Positions 8,018 to 15,785 of a DNA stretch of 19,076 nucleotides are shown one piece after another. The stretch's first letter is position 1. Each line of letters starts with the position of its first letter. Source of the stretch: a virus (Duplodnaviria > Heunggongvirae > Uroviricota > Caudoviricetes). Position numbers and translations under genes: made by a program. Where the stretch lies: the IMG/VR virus record IMGVR_UViG_3300028805_000047; one strand, 5' to 3'. Under the pieces are notes generated by a model. That model saw only the letters and a list, made by a program, of their open reading frames with translations, had not been told where the DNA came from and ran no database searches.

Positions 8018-8974
8018 ATGGGTACGACATATAAAAAATTATCAGAAATTGAACACGTCCTTGAAAGACCTGGAATGTATATCGGTTCTACAACTACTGA
8101 AAGAGCTACAAAATTTGTATATGATTCAAGCATTAAAAAATTTCGTAAGAAAGAGGTTGATTGGAATGAGGGTTTCATGAAAATTTATGATGAAATCGTA
8201 ACAAACTCATTTGATGAATCTAAGAGGAACGGAAAACTTAAAGTAATTGAGGTGACTGTTAATAAGTCAGAAAATACAATTTCTGTTTATGATGACGGCG
8301 GAATAAGGATTGACAAGTTTGATAAGACAGATAAACGATATATTCCAGATGTGATATTTTCAAGCCTCAGGGCAGGCTCTAACTTTAATGATGATGAAGT
8401 ACGGCTTGGTGCGGGTACTAATGGAATTGGCAGTGTCTGTACAAATATATTTTCTAAAAGCTTTACGGTAGAAACAGCTGATTCTTCAAAGATGTTCAAA
8501 GTGACATACTTGAATAATTTATCAGGAAAAACTGAGCCTGTTGTCAAGCAAAGTAAAAAGCATTTTACAAGAATTACGTATGTTCCTGATTTAGAACGAT
8601 TTGGAATGTCTGAAATTAGTGATGATTTTATTGACCTGATGAAATCAAGATTGATAAACATTGCTTCTCAGAATTCAAACCTTACAGTAAAGTTCAATGA
8701 TGACAGTTTTCATTTTTCAAAGTTTCAAGAGTATGCAAGTCTGTATCTACAGGAATTACCAAATCATTTAAAGAATATTGAAGATACTTCAGATGACATT
8801 GAAGAAAATAATTCAAATGATTCAGAAACAGAAAATGTCGTTGAAAATCAGGTAGAAGAAATTAAAGAACCTGAACAAAATGTATCTGAGAATAAAGAAG
8901 AACAGACTAATACGGTTGAAGACGGTTTTGATATAGATTCAATAGGCTCAGATGAACCAATTCCGTTATTTTAG
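8018..8974 (+). CDS. Type II DNA topoisomerase ATPase (GHKL) domain only, T4 gp39/GyrB-like, with ~75-aa acidic C-terminal tail
   Basis: Motifs EHVLERPGMYIG, DEIVTNSFDE, DDGGI, IFSSLRAGSNF, GTNGIGSVCTNIFS, TRITYVPDLERF. Homology appears to stop near FQEYASLY (aa ~243). No transducer or TOPRIM motifs follow. Confidence 0.9.
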   Translation: MGTTYKKLSEIEHVLERPGMYIGSTTTERATKFVYDSSIKKFRKKEVDWNEGFMKIYDEIVTNSFDESKRNGKLKVIEVTVNKSENTISVYDDGGIRIDKFDKTDKRYIPDVIFSSLRAGSNFNDDEVRLGAGTNGIGSVCTNIFSKSFTVETADSSKMFKVTYLNNLSGKTEPVVKQSKKHFTRITYVPDLERFGMSEISDDFIDLMKSRLINIASQNSNLTVKFNDDSFHFSKFQEYASLYLQELPNHLKNIEDTSDDIEENNSNDSETENVVENQVEEIKEPEQNVSENKEEQTNTVEDGFDIDSIGSDEPIPLF

Positions 8975-9023
8975 GTAGAAATAACAAAAATATTGTTTAT
9001 TATTAGAAACAAATTTATATTTT

Positions 9024-10358
9024 ATGGATATAAACGATTACATTAAATTTATTTCAGAGAATAAAACTGAAAGAGAATGCGTTTCAGCAGCTGAAGAAAT
9101 TCTTAAAGCATCTGGTTTTAAGGAACTTGAATTACAATTATATAATTCATTAAAACCTGGTGATAAAATTTATTTTAAGAATAAGAATAAAAATATCGCA
9201 GCTTTTGTAATTGGAAATAACCCAAGATTAAATCTTTTAGGAGCACACATCGACAGTCCAAGACTTGATGTAAAGTCAATGCCTTTGTATGAAGACACGA
9301 ATATGGCATATTTCGATTTGCAATATTATGGAGGAATTAAACAGTATCAATGGGTTACAAGACCTCTTGCAATACGTGGTGTTGTTTATACAATGGAAGG
9401 TGATAAAAAGTATATAAACCTTGGTGACTATGATGATGACTTCACATTTTGCATAACAGACTTGTTGCCACACCTTGATAAGACGAGGGATAAGAGAACA
9501 GCTTCTGAAACCGTCAAGAGTGAAAATCTAGATTTGCTTTTGGCTGCAGAAGTTCATACAAATAGTGAAAGAATTGATCCTGTTAAAAGTAACATACTTG
9601 ACATTCTTAATAAAAAGTATGACATATATGAAGAAGACCTTTTGTCTGCTGAACTTGAAGTAGTGCCTGCAGGAAAAGCATCTTTTGTAGGACTTGACAG
9701 ACAAATGGTTGGAGGATATGGACAAGATGACAGAGTTTGTGCTTGGACGTCTTTAATGGCTTTAAAAGATCTTGCCGACAATTATCCAATTCCTTCAAAA
9801 ACTTGCGGATGTATTCTTGTTGACAAGGAAGAAATCGGTTCAACTTGCGCAACTGGCAGTAATTCAAGATGGCTTGAAGACGTATTAAGAGTTGTTGTAT
9901 TCTCTCAGGGATCACAAGATGAAATAACATTTGCAAATATTTTGTCAAATTCAAATATGCTGAGTTCTGACGTGACTGCAGCTTATGACCCATTATATGC
10001 TGACGTATCTAACAAATCGATGTCGGCAAAACTTGGTGGCGGGTTCACGCTTAGAAAATATAACGGAGGACGAGGAAAATCAGGAGGAGCTGACGCGAAT
10101 CCTGAATATATTGCGACAATTCGTGCGATATTAAACCGTTCAAATGTTACATATCAGTTTGACACAATGGGTAAAGTTGATGTTGGTGGTGGAGGTACAA
10201 TTGCTTCAATAGTATGTCAACTTAATATAAACGTACTTGATTCAGGTGTTCCTGTACTTAATATGCACAGTCCGTTTGAAATAACTCACATAGTCGATAT
10301 TGAAAATGCCTACAAAGGATATTTGGCATTCCTTCAATCAAATGAAGATATTTATTAG
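9024..10358 (+). CDS. M18 family metalloaminopeptidase (aminopeptidase 1 / ApeA-like), 444 aa
   Basis: GAHIDSPRLDVK, YYGGIKQYQW, GQDDRVCAW, DKEEIGS, SSDVTAAYDP, GKVDVGGGGTI, GVPVLNMHSPFE. The expected His/Asp/Glu/Asp/His dinuclear-metal ligands appear present, and the protein is full length. Confidence 0.92.
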   Translation: MDINDYIKFISENKTERECVSAAEEILKASGFKELELQLYNSLKPGDKIYFKNKNKNIAAFVIGNNPRLNLLGAHIDSPRLDVKSMPLYEDTNMAYFDLQYYGGIKQYQWVTRPLAIRGVVYTMEGDKKYINLGDYDDDFTFCITDLLPHLDKTRDKRTASETVKSENLDLLLAAEVHTNSERIDPVKSNILDILNKKYDIYEEDLLSAELEVVPAGKASFVGLDRQMVGGYGQDDRVCAWTSLMALKDLADNYPIPSKTCGCILVDKEEIGSTCATGSNSRWLEDVLRVVVFSQGSQDEITFANILSNSNMLSSDVTAAYDPLYADVSNKSMSAKLGGGFTLRKYNGGRGKSGGADANPEYIATIRAILNRSNVTYQFDTMGKVDVGGGGTIASIVCQLNINVLDSGVPVLNMHSPFEITHIVDIENAYKGYLAFLQSNEDIY

Positions 10359-10360
10359 TT

Positions 10361-10570
10361 ATGTCAGGAGAAACTTGTAAAGTTGGAAGATATTGGCTGT
10401 TAGGAGCTCAAAGAAGAGGTGGCATTTTAGCAGGTGTAAATGGTGAGTATATAAACTTTTATATCATAAAAGGCAGTCAACTTGACAATGAGGAAAACCT
10501 GAAAATATTTAGAGAGTTTCTTAAAAACAGATATTCATATACATTAAAAATAGCTTACAAACAATTATGA
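10361..10570 (+). CDS. Hypothetical protein (69 aa)
   Basis: ORF track; starts 2 nt after the peptidase stop; ATGA overlap with the next gene. Confidence 0.65.
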   Translation: MSGETCKVGRYWLLGAQRRGGILAGVNGEYINFYIIKGSQLDNEENLKIFREFLKNRYSYTLKIAYKQL

Positions 10571-11019
10571 CTATGGATAAGGAAAGTATTAATCAAATTA
10601 AGATTCTTAAAAACATATTGTCTAAATTTACTAAACAAGTAAATGAAATTCAGCAAAAAATTCTTGAAATTGAATCAAGTAATGATGAGACATTTGATAA
10701 AGAAAGCATAGAAGAAGATGTACTTTATAATGCTTATCAGAATTGGTTTGTAAGTAAAAGGTCTGCTATACCGTATATTGCAAAATGTAAGGATTTGTCA
10801 TATAAGATTGATTCTGTTGTTATGTTTCAAGGTATGGTAAACGATTATAAGACATTTAAGACATTACTTTCTGAAATTATGAAAGAAAATGAATTAAAGC
10901 TTATATACCTGCCTTCTCCAAAATATCCAGATGTATTTAAGACATCACTTGATGGTGTAGAACAAAACCTTGATTTCGACAGGTTCTTTAAAAAATTTAC
11001 AAGTAAGCCTAAAGATTAA
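10567..11019 (+). CDS. Hypothetical protein (150 aa), N-terminal coiled coil
   Basis: ORF track; translationally coupled by ATGA overlap. Confidence 0.7.
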   Translation: MTMDKESINQIKILKNILSKFTKQVNEIQQKILEIESSNDETFDKESIEEDVLYNAYQNWFVSKRSAIPYIAKCKDLSYKIDSVVMFQGMVNDYKTFKTLLSEIMKENELKLIYLPSPKYPDVFKTSLDGVEQNLDFDRFFKKFTSKPKD

Positions 11020-11024
11020 ATATT

Positions 11025-11357
11025 ATGAAAATTAAATTTAAAGACTGTAATATTACTTTGACAAGGAATAACTTGATAAAGATTTCAGAAGAAATTGGTG
11101 AAAGATTTTATGCAAAGACAATTCAGACAATAACTCATAAAAATTCTTGGGATAAGAAATATGACTCAGTAACAAACAGGGTCGAGCCGATTAATGTTCG
11201 TAAAACTAGTAATGGACATATTGTTATTAGAAGTCATGATTTTGATTATACAGATTGTGTATTTGAAAATAATGACCTTATAAAAAAGACTGTAATTGTA
11301 GGTTTATGTCCTATTGAATTTGGTGTAAACGAAAATGAATGGAAAATTAATTTTTAA
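11025..11357 (+). CDS. Hypothetical protein (110 aa)
   Basis: ORF track; 5 nt after the upstream stop; its TAA is the first triplet of repeat cassette 1. Confidence 0.7.
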   Translation: MKIKFKDCNITLTRNNLIKISEEIGERFYAKTIQTITHKNSWDKKYDSVTNRVEPINVRKTSNGHIVIRSHDFDYTDCVFENNDLIKKTVIVGLCPIEFGVNENEWKINF

Positions 11358-11441
11358 AATTTTTTAATTTTTTGATCCAACTTTCAAAAAAGTCGTATTA
11401 TATTTACCTCAACAAATTAACATTAAAATTAAACAGAGATG
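11355..11441 (+). promoter_or_regulatory. Repeated promoter/leader cassette, copy 1 (sigma70-like early promoter)
   Basis: TAA, A/T tract, TTGATC (11372-11377), 18-nt spacer, TATTAT (11396-11401), ATTTACCTCAACAAATTAA...TTAAAATTAAACAGAG, ATG. Near-identical to copy 2. Confidence 0.8.
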
Positions 11442-12059
11442 GAAAAGAATGTAGAAATAAAGAAACTAGTTTGTAAATCATTATTGGAAATGATTGAAAA
11501 CGGTTGTACTGTAGAACAGTTTAAAGAAGAACTTATTAAAAAATGTCAGCAATATAATCTTGATTTATATTTGTCAAGACCTATTTTTGTTGCAGGTCTG
11601 ACAAGTATTGAATACTTAGAAAAACTCACAGATGATGTAAAAGAATTGTCACTTTCCTATAATTTGACTGAAGATGCTAAAATAACCCTCATATTTTCTG
11701 AACTTGGATTTGAAAATATGCGCCGTGGGGAAGTCTGTAGAATGTTTAATATCGATGATATTGGAGAATTTTCAGACGGTTATCATACATTTAATTCTTT
11801 GTATGAACAAAGATGTGTCTTATTTGCAGCACTTGTTAAAGCCTACAAGGATAAGACCTGGAAATCAAGAAGACATTCAGACGGTGAAAAATGTTTTGAT
11901 GGAAACTGGTTTATAGTCGGTATTGAAACACCTGAAGGACAATATACATATCATTATGAAAATAAAGATTGGGAATTGTTTGATTGTAAAGAGATTGAAC
12001 GTGCTCATGAATGGGACGGACATACTGACAAGGATGTTAAAAGGCTTTTAAGTTTGTAA
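11439..12059 (+). CDS. WDGH-motif phage domain protein (206 aa) with extra N-terminal helical domain
   Basis: The C-terminal ~100 aa carry SDGYHTFNSLY..R, WKSRRHSDG, WFIVGIETPEGQYTYHY, WDGHT, a pattern I recognise as a widespread phage domain of unknown function. Confidence 0.75.
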   Translation: MEKNVEIKKLVCKSLLEMIENGCTVEQFKEELIKKCQQYNLDLYLSRPIFVAGLTSIEYLEKLTDDVKELSLSYNLTEDAKITLIFSELGFENMRRGEVCRMFNIDDIGEFSDGYHTFNSLYEQRCVLFAALVKAYKDKTWKSRRHSDGEKCFDGNWFIVGIETPEGQYTYHYENKDWELFDCKEIERAHEWDGHTDKDVKRLLSL

Positions 12060-12149
12060 AATTTTTCAAAATTTTGATCCAACTTTCAAAAAGTTGTATT
12101 ATATTTACCTCAACAAATTAATATTAACGTTTAAAATTAAACAGAGATG
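12057..12149 (+). promoter_or_regulatory. Repeated promoter/leader cassette, copy 2
   Basis: TAA (stop of the upstream gene), TTGATC (12074-12079), 17-nt spacer, TATTAT (12097-12102), ATTTACCTCAACAAATTAA...TTAAAATTAAACAGAG, ATG at 12147. Confidence 0.8.
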
Positions 12150-12746
12150 GAAGTAATACCTAAAAAACAGATTAGTACAAATTCTGAAAAGAAAGCAAAA
12201 ATCATTTATTATGTAGCCGTAAGAGAAGGTAAGCGATTTTTAGAGGCATTCAAAATGAATGATGAAATTTACTATGTAAGAAGAATCAAGCTTGAAAGAG
12301 GAAAAGTAACTTTCACAGTTGGAAAGTATTTCATCTACAAATTCAAAAATTTCGATGTTTCAAAATTGGAAGTTTATTACGAACCGAAGTACTGTGATGA
12401 AACTTTGAAACAATGGCTTTTGTATCAGAAAAATGTTGTTTTGACTGACAATACAAACAAACAAGTAAAAAGTGAAGAACCAGAAAAAACAAATAATTCG
12501 CTATTTGAGGATTTTGAAAATATTCAAGAACCTGAAATGATTGATCTTCCATTTACAGGTCAGGATAATAAAATTGAACCTGATGAAGTAGAAACTACTG
12601 AAAACAAGTCACAGACTGCAAAGGATTCAGACTTAAAAAAAGAAAAAATCAAGGAAATTTTTACAGCCGGCTATATGATGGCTTGTCAAAAAACTTGTGA
12701 AGCAGCTTTTGAATCTTGGTATAAATTCAATCAAAATGTTTATTAA
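12147..12746 (+). CDS. Hypothetical protein (199 aa) with acidic low-complexity linker
   Basis: ORF track; basic/aromatic N-terminal domain, acidic linker (aa ~105-160), short C-terminal helix. Confidence 0.75.
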   Translation: MEVIPKKQISTNSEKKAKIIYYVAVREGKRFLEAFKMNDEIYYVRRIKLERGKVTFTVGKYFIYKFKNFDVSKLEVYYEPKYCDETLKQWLLYQKNVVLTDNTNKQVKSEEPEKTNNSLFEDFENIQEPEMIDLPFTGQDNKIEPDEVETTENKSQTAKDSDLKKEKIKEIFTAGYMMACQKTCEAAFESWYKFNQNVY

Positions 12747-12763
12747 CATTAAAACTTAAAATT

Positions 12764-13234
12764 ATGGCAAACGTAAATGAACAATCAAGCAAGCAGGAAA
12801 TCTTGAAAGAAATAGATGAACTTGAAAAAAGAAGAAACTCTATTTCAAAAGAGAGCGAAGAATTATCTGCTAAAATTCGTAAGTTGCACCTGCAATTATT
12901 TGACAGTAGACAAAGAGAATTTATAGAAAAATTACTTAGTTTTGAAGGTAAATTCGTTTTAATAGAGGACGATCGAAATGACAAGAAAATAATTGTCAGA
13001 GCTGATAGTATTTTTGAAAATCCACAACCTTCTCCAGATGGTTATACTAAGGAATTTTTTGTAAAAACTATTGGTACTTGTCCACCGATTTATTGTTGGA
13101 AGGAAGGTTATTTTGACAGAATAAACAGTGACAGAGTTCTTGTAAACTGCTATTTTGAAGTTAGTTCAATTTCCCGTAAGAAGGCACTTTCACTTATCAA
13201 TGAATGGATAAGTCATTCTTTTGATAATAAATAA
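12764..13234 (+). CDS. Hypothetical protein (156 aa), N-terminal coiled coil
   Basis: ORF track; preceded by the leader remnant TTAACATTAAAACTTAAAATTATG. Confidence 0.75.
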   Translation: MANVNEQSSKQEILKEIDELEKRRNSISKESEELSAKIRKLHLQLFDSRQREFIEKLLSFEGKFVLIEDDRNDKKIIVRADSIFENPQPSPDGYTKEFFVKTIGTCPPIYCWKEGYFDRINSDRVLVNCYFEVSSISRKKALSLINEWISHSFDNK

Positions 13235-13280
13235 GATTTAAAAATAATAAATAGGATATAACCTTAAATATATAGAAATA

Positions 13281-13490
13281 ATGAAACTGATTTTTATAAT
13301 TTTAATTATTTTACTTATTGTAACCGTAATTCTTTTATGGAATGTCAATAACAGATTTAATAATGCCTTATATAATAGTGTATCATTCAGAAAAGATATG
13401 ATAACTATGCTTAAAGCTGAATTTTATGTTTTATCTGTTTCTGAAGGTGCTATAATAATATCATTGATTTATTTGGCACAGTTCCTATAA
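13281..13490 (+). CDS. Small two-transmembrane-helix protein (69 aa)
   Basis: Hydrophobic segments LIFIILIILLIVTVILLW and FYVLSVSEGAIIISLIYLAQFL. Confidence 0.6.
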   Translation: MKLIFIILIILLIVTVILLWNVNNRFNNALYNSVSFRKDMITMLKAEFYVLSVSEGAIIISLIYLAQFL

Positions 13491-13512
13491 AATCTCGATA
13501 ATATCTGGAATT

Positions 13513-13551
13513 ATGTTGGTTTCTAAGTATAAAAGTCTTGGAAACCAATAT
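13513..13551 (+). terminator. Stem-loop, candidate intrinsic terminator
   Basis: TTGGTTTCTAAG (13516-13527), 9-nt loop, CTTGGAAACCAA (13537-13548): 12-bp stem with one G-U pair, extendable outward by about 3 bp. Lies just before cassette copy 3. The downstream U-tract is weak. Confidence 0.45.
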
Positions 13552-13567
13552 GTTATATAAAAAATTT

Positions 13568-13658
13568 TAAAATTTTTCAATTTTCTGATCCAGATTTTGA
13601 AATATTGTATTATATTTACCTAAACAAATTAGTATTAACATTAAGACTTAAAATTATG
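13568..13658 (+). promoter_or_regulatory. Repeated promoter/leader cassette, copy 3
   Basis: CTGATC (13585-13590), 17-nt spacer, TATTAT (13608-13613), ATTTACCTAAACAAATTAGTATTAACATTAAGACTTAAAATT, ATG at 13656. Confidence 0.75.
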
Positions 13659-13895
13659 GCAACTATTAAGAAAGTATATTTCTTCTATATCATTAAGAAT
13701 GAGGTAGATGTAGAGTCAGAAATTGTAGAATATTCGTCATGTGTTTCAATGACTGTACTTGGAAATACGTTAATCCATGCATCTGAGAATTATTCAACAA
13801 TTGAAGAAGCATTAGATGCACGAGACAATGAAGAAAAAGATCACGAAAAATATTATACATACTCTCCAGTAATGGAAGGTTGGATAAGAGAATAA
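13656..13895 (+). CDS. Hypothetical protein (79 aa); apparent paralog of the N-terminal domain of 15786..16220
   Basis: ORF track 13605..13895. Start moved to the ATG at 13656 because the upstream extension is the promoter cassette itself. Confidence 0.75.
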   Translation: MATIKKVYFFYIIKNEVDVESEIVEYSSCVSMTVLGNTLIHASENYSTIEEALDARDNEEKDHEKYYTYSPVMEGWIRE

Positions 13896-13909
13896 ATTAA
13901 AGAAATAAG

Positions 13910-13938
13910 CAAATTAGTATTAACATTAAGACTTAAAA
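13910..13938 (+). repeat. 29-bp leader-only repeat identical to 13625-13653
   Basis: CAAATTAGTATTAACATTAAGACTTAAAA occurs at 13625-13653 and 13910-13938, directly upstream of two consecutive start codons. Confidence 0.9.
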
Positions 13939-13941
13939 GCC

Positions 13942-15252
13942 ATGATAGAGTTAATAGGAAAATATACGACAGCAAAAATTTATGCTGAGACAGTAGAAGA
14001 AGGTGTATATCAACAAGTATATGATATAATCAATTGTCCTGCATTTGAAAATCAAAAAGTAGTTTGTATGCCTGATGTGCATGTCGGTGCATCAGGACCT
14101 TGTGGACTTGTCGCTACAATTGGTGACTATGTTTGTCCTGAACATATCGGAGTCGATATTGGGTGTTCTATTTCTATGCTGGTTCTTGATAAGAATATTC
14201 CTGAAGATTTATTTGCAGATTTTGAACATAAGATAAAAATGCAAATACCTTTTGGTATGAATATTCATAAAAAGACAATGTTTGATGAAAAAGACTTTTA
14301 TAAGTTCTTGACAACCAATTTCAACAAATATCGTAACTGCTGGCCTGAAATGCTTAAAGATCTTCCTGATTCAGTAAATGAATCATGGGTTATCAGCCAG
14401 TTAAAACGTCTGAATATGGATCCAGCTGTTTTTTATCATTCAATTGGTACAGTCGGAGGTGGAAATCATTTTATTGAATATGATGAAACAGATGACAAAA
14501 ATATTGCAGGTATCACACTACATTTCGGTTCTCGAAATTTCGGCGTCAAGGTTTGCAAGTATTGGATGTCAAAAACAACTTCCCCATATTCAAGTCAGGA
14601 AATGAAGGAGCTTGTAGGTGAATTCAAGAAAGATTATATCTCTAAGCATAAGGATATGAAAGATTTTCAAAATGCTCTTAAAGAATATAATGAGCATCTT
14701 ATGAAAAACCATATTAACGGATATTTGACAGGCGAAAAGCTTAAAGGATATTTAATGGATATGTGTTTCGCACAACTTTATGCAGCATATAATCATAAAA
14801 CAGTAAGCAAGATTATATCAGATATTTTATTGAAATATGGTATAAAGGTTAAAGAAACAATTATGACAACTCATAATTATATTGACTTGAAAGACCATGC
14901 ACTTAGAAAATCTGCAATTTCTGCATATTTAGACGAAACAATTCTTGTACCGTTCAATATGCGTGACGGTGTTGCTGTCTGTAAAGGAAAATCAAATTCT
15001 GAATGGTTGAATTCATGCTCACATGGTGCAGGTCGTAAAATGTCCCGTTCACAGGCTAAGAAAAATATCTCGATTCAGGAATTCAAAGATTCTATGAAAG
15101 ACGTTTATTCAACAACTGTATGTGAAGGAACTATTGACGAATCCCCACAGGCATATAAGGACACTGACGAAATCAAGAACTTGATTACTCAGACTTGTAC
15201 AATTCAATATATGATGAAACCAAGAATTAACATAAAAGCAACTGAATCGTAA
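13942..15252 (+). CDS. rtcB: RtcB-family RNA ligase (3'-phosphate/2',3'-cyclic phosphate to 5'-OH), 436 aa
   Basis: MPDVHVG, GVDIGCS, GTVGGGNHFIE, HFGSRNFG, THNYID, SCSHGAGRKMSR, DESPQAYKD. The metal-binding Asp/Cys/His residues and the guanylylated His motif appear intact. Confidence 0.95.
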   Translation: MIELIGKYTTAKIYAETVEEGVYQQVYDIINCPAFENQKVVCMPDVHVGASGPCGLVATIGDYVCPEHIGVDIGCSISMLVLDKNIPEDLFADFEHKIKMQIPFGMNIHKKTMFDEKDFYKFLTTNFNKYRNCWPEMLKDLPDSVNESWVISQLKRLNMDPAVFYHSIGTVGGGNHFIEYDETDDKNIAGITLHFGSRNFGVKVCKYWMSKTTSPYSSQEMKELVGEFKKDYISKHKDMKDFQNALKEYNEHLMKNHINGYLTGEKLKGYLMDMCFAQLYAAYNHKTVSKIISDILLKYGIKVKETIMTTHNYIDLKDHALRKSAISAYLDETILVPFNMRDGVAVCKGKSNSEWLNSCSHGAGRKMSRSQAKKNISIQEFKDSMKDVYSTTVCEGTIDESPQAYKDTDEIKNLITQTCTIQYMMKPRINIKATES

Positions 15253-15300
15253 AAATTGTTTATTATATTAAGTGTTAACATTAAAATTAAGTTTAAGATT

Positions 15301-15783
15301 ATGAAAAATAATAATGTAATGATTCCTCTAAAAGAGGCTAAGAAATGGATTAAGGACAATATTCAAATTAAATCATTTGATGTCGCTGAATCTTTTTATA
15401 AAGATATGAATGAAAAATTCAATCCTGACAAAGAAGATTCTGAAAAACCAAGTACAGTAACATCACAACAAGCATTTCAAGAAGAATGCGGTGTTGATGC
15501 AAGCAAGTTAATTGCTTTAGGTGATTTGAATTATATTGTTCAGGCAGATATATTTAAAGATGACGAAGGCATTGAACATATTGAATATGATCAATATCAG
15601 CCACGTAGAAACAGAGTATGGCATGGCTATGATGACATAACAAAAGAAGAACTGTTTAAAAATATTGCTGACACAAAAGAACGCATGAAAATGGCAATGA
15701 ACCTTATTGACAAATTTCTTGACGGAGAAATCACTTTTCTATACTATTGGGACGAAACATCATTAAAAAATAGGGAGGACTAA
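15301..15783 (+). CDS. Hypothetical protein (160 aa)
   Basis: ORF track 15256..15783. Start moved to the ATG at 15301 because the upstream part is a degenerate cassette leader (TATTATATT...GTTAACATTAAAATTAA). Confidence 0.7.
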   Translation: MKNNNVMIPLKEAKKWIKDNIQIKSFDVAESFYKDMNEKFNPDKEDSEKPSTVTSQQAFQEECGVDASKLIALGDLNYIVQADIFKDDEGIEHIEYDQYQPRRNRVWHGYDDITKEELFKNIADTKERMKMAMNLIDKFLDGEITFLYYWDETSLKNRED

Positions 15784-15785
15784 AA

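Noticed and set aside
8747-8974. Intein or intron interrupting the topoisomerase gene
   Set aside because: There are no intein splice-junction motifs (N-terminal Cys/Ser block, terminal His-Asn) and no homing endonuclease motifs. No downstream topoisomerase exon is visible; the peptidase starts 49 nt later.
13489-13560. Frameshift extension of the 69-aa membrane protein (YKISIISGIMLVSKYKSLGNQYVI in the +1 frame)
   Set aside because: There is no slippery site, the segment is short, and the region is adequately explained by the stem-loop at 13513-13551.
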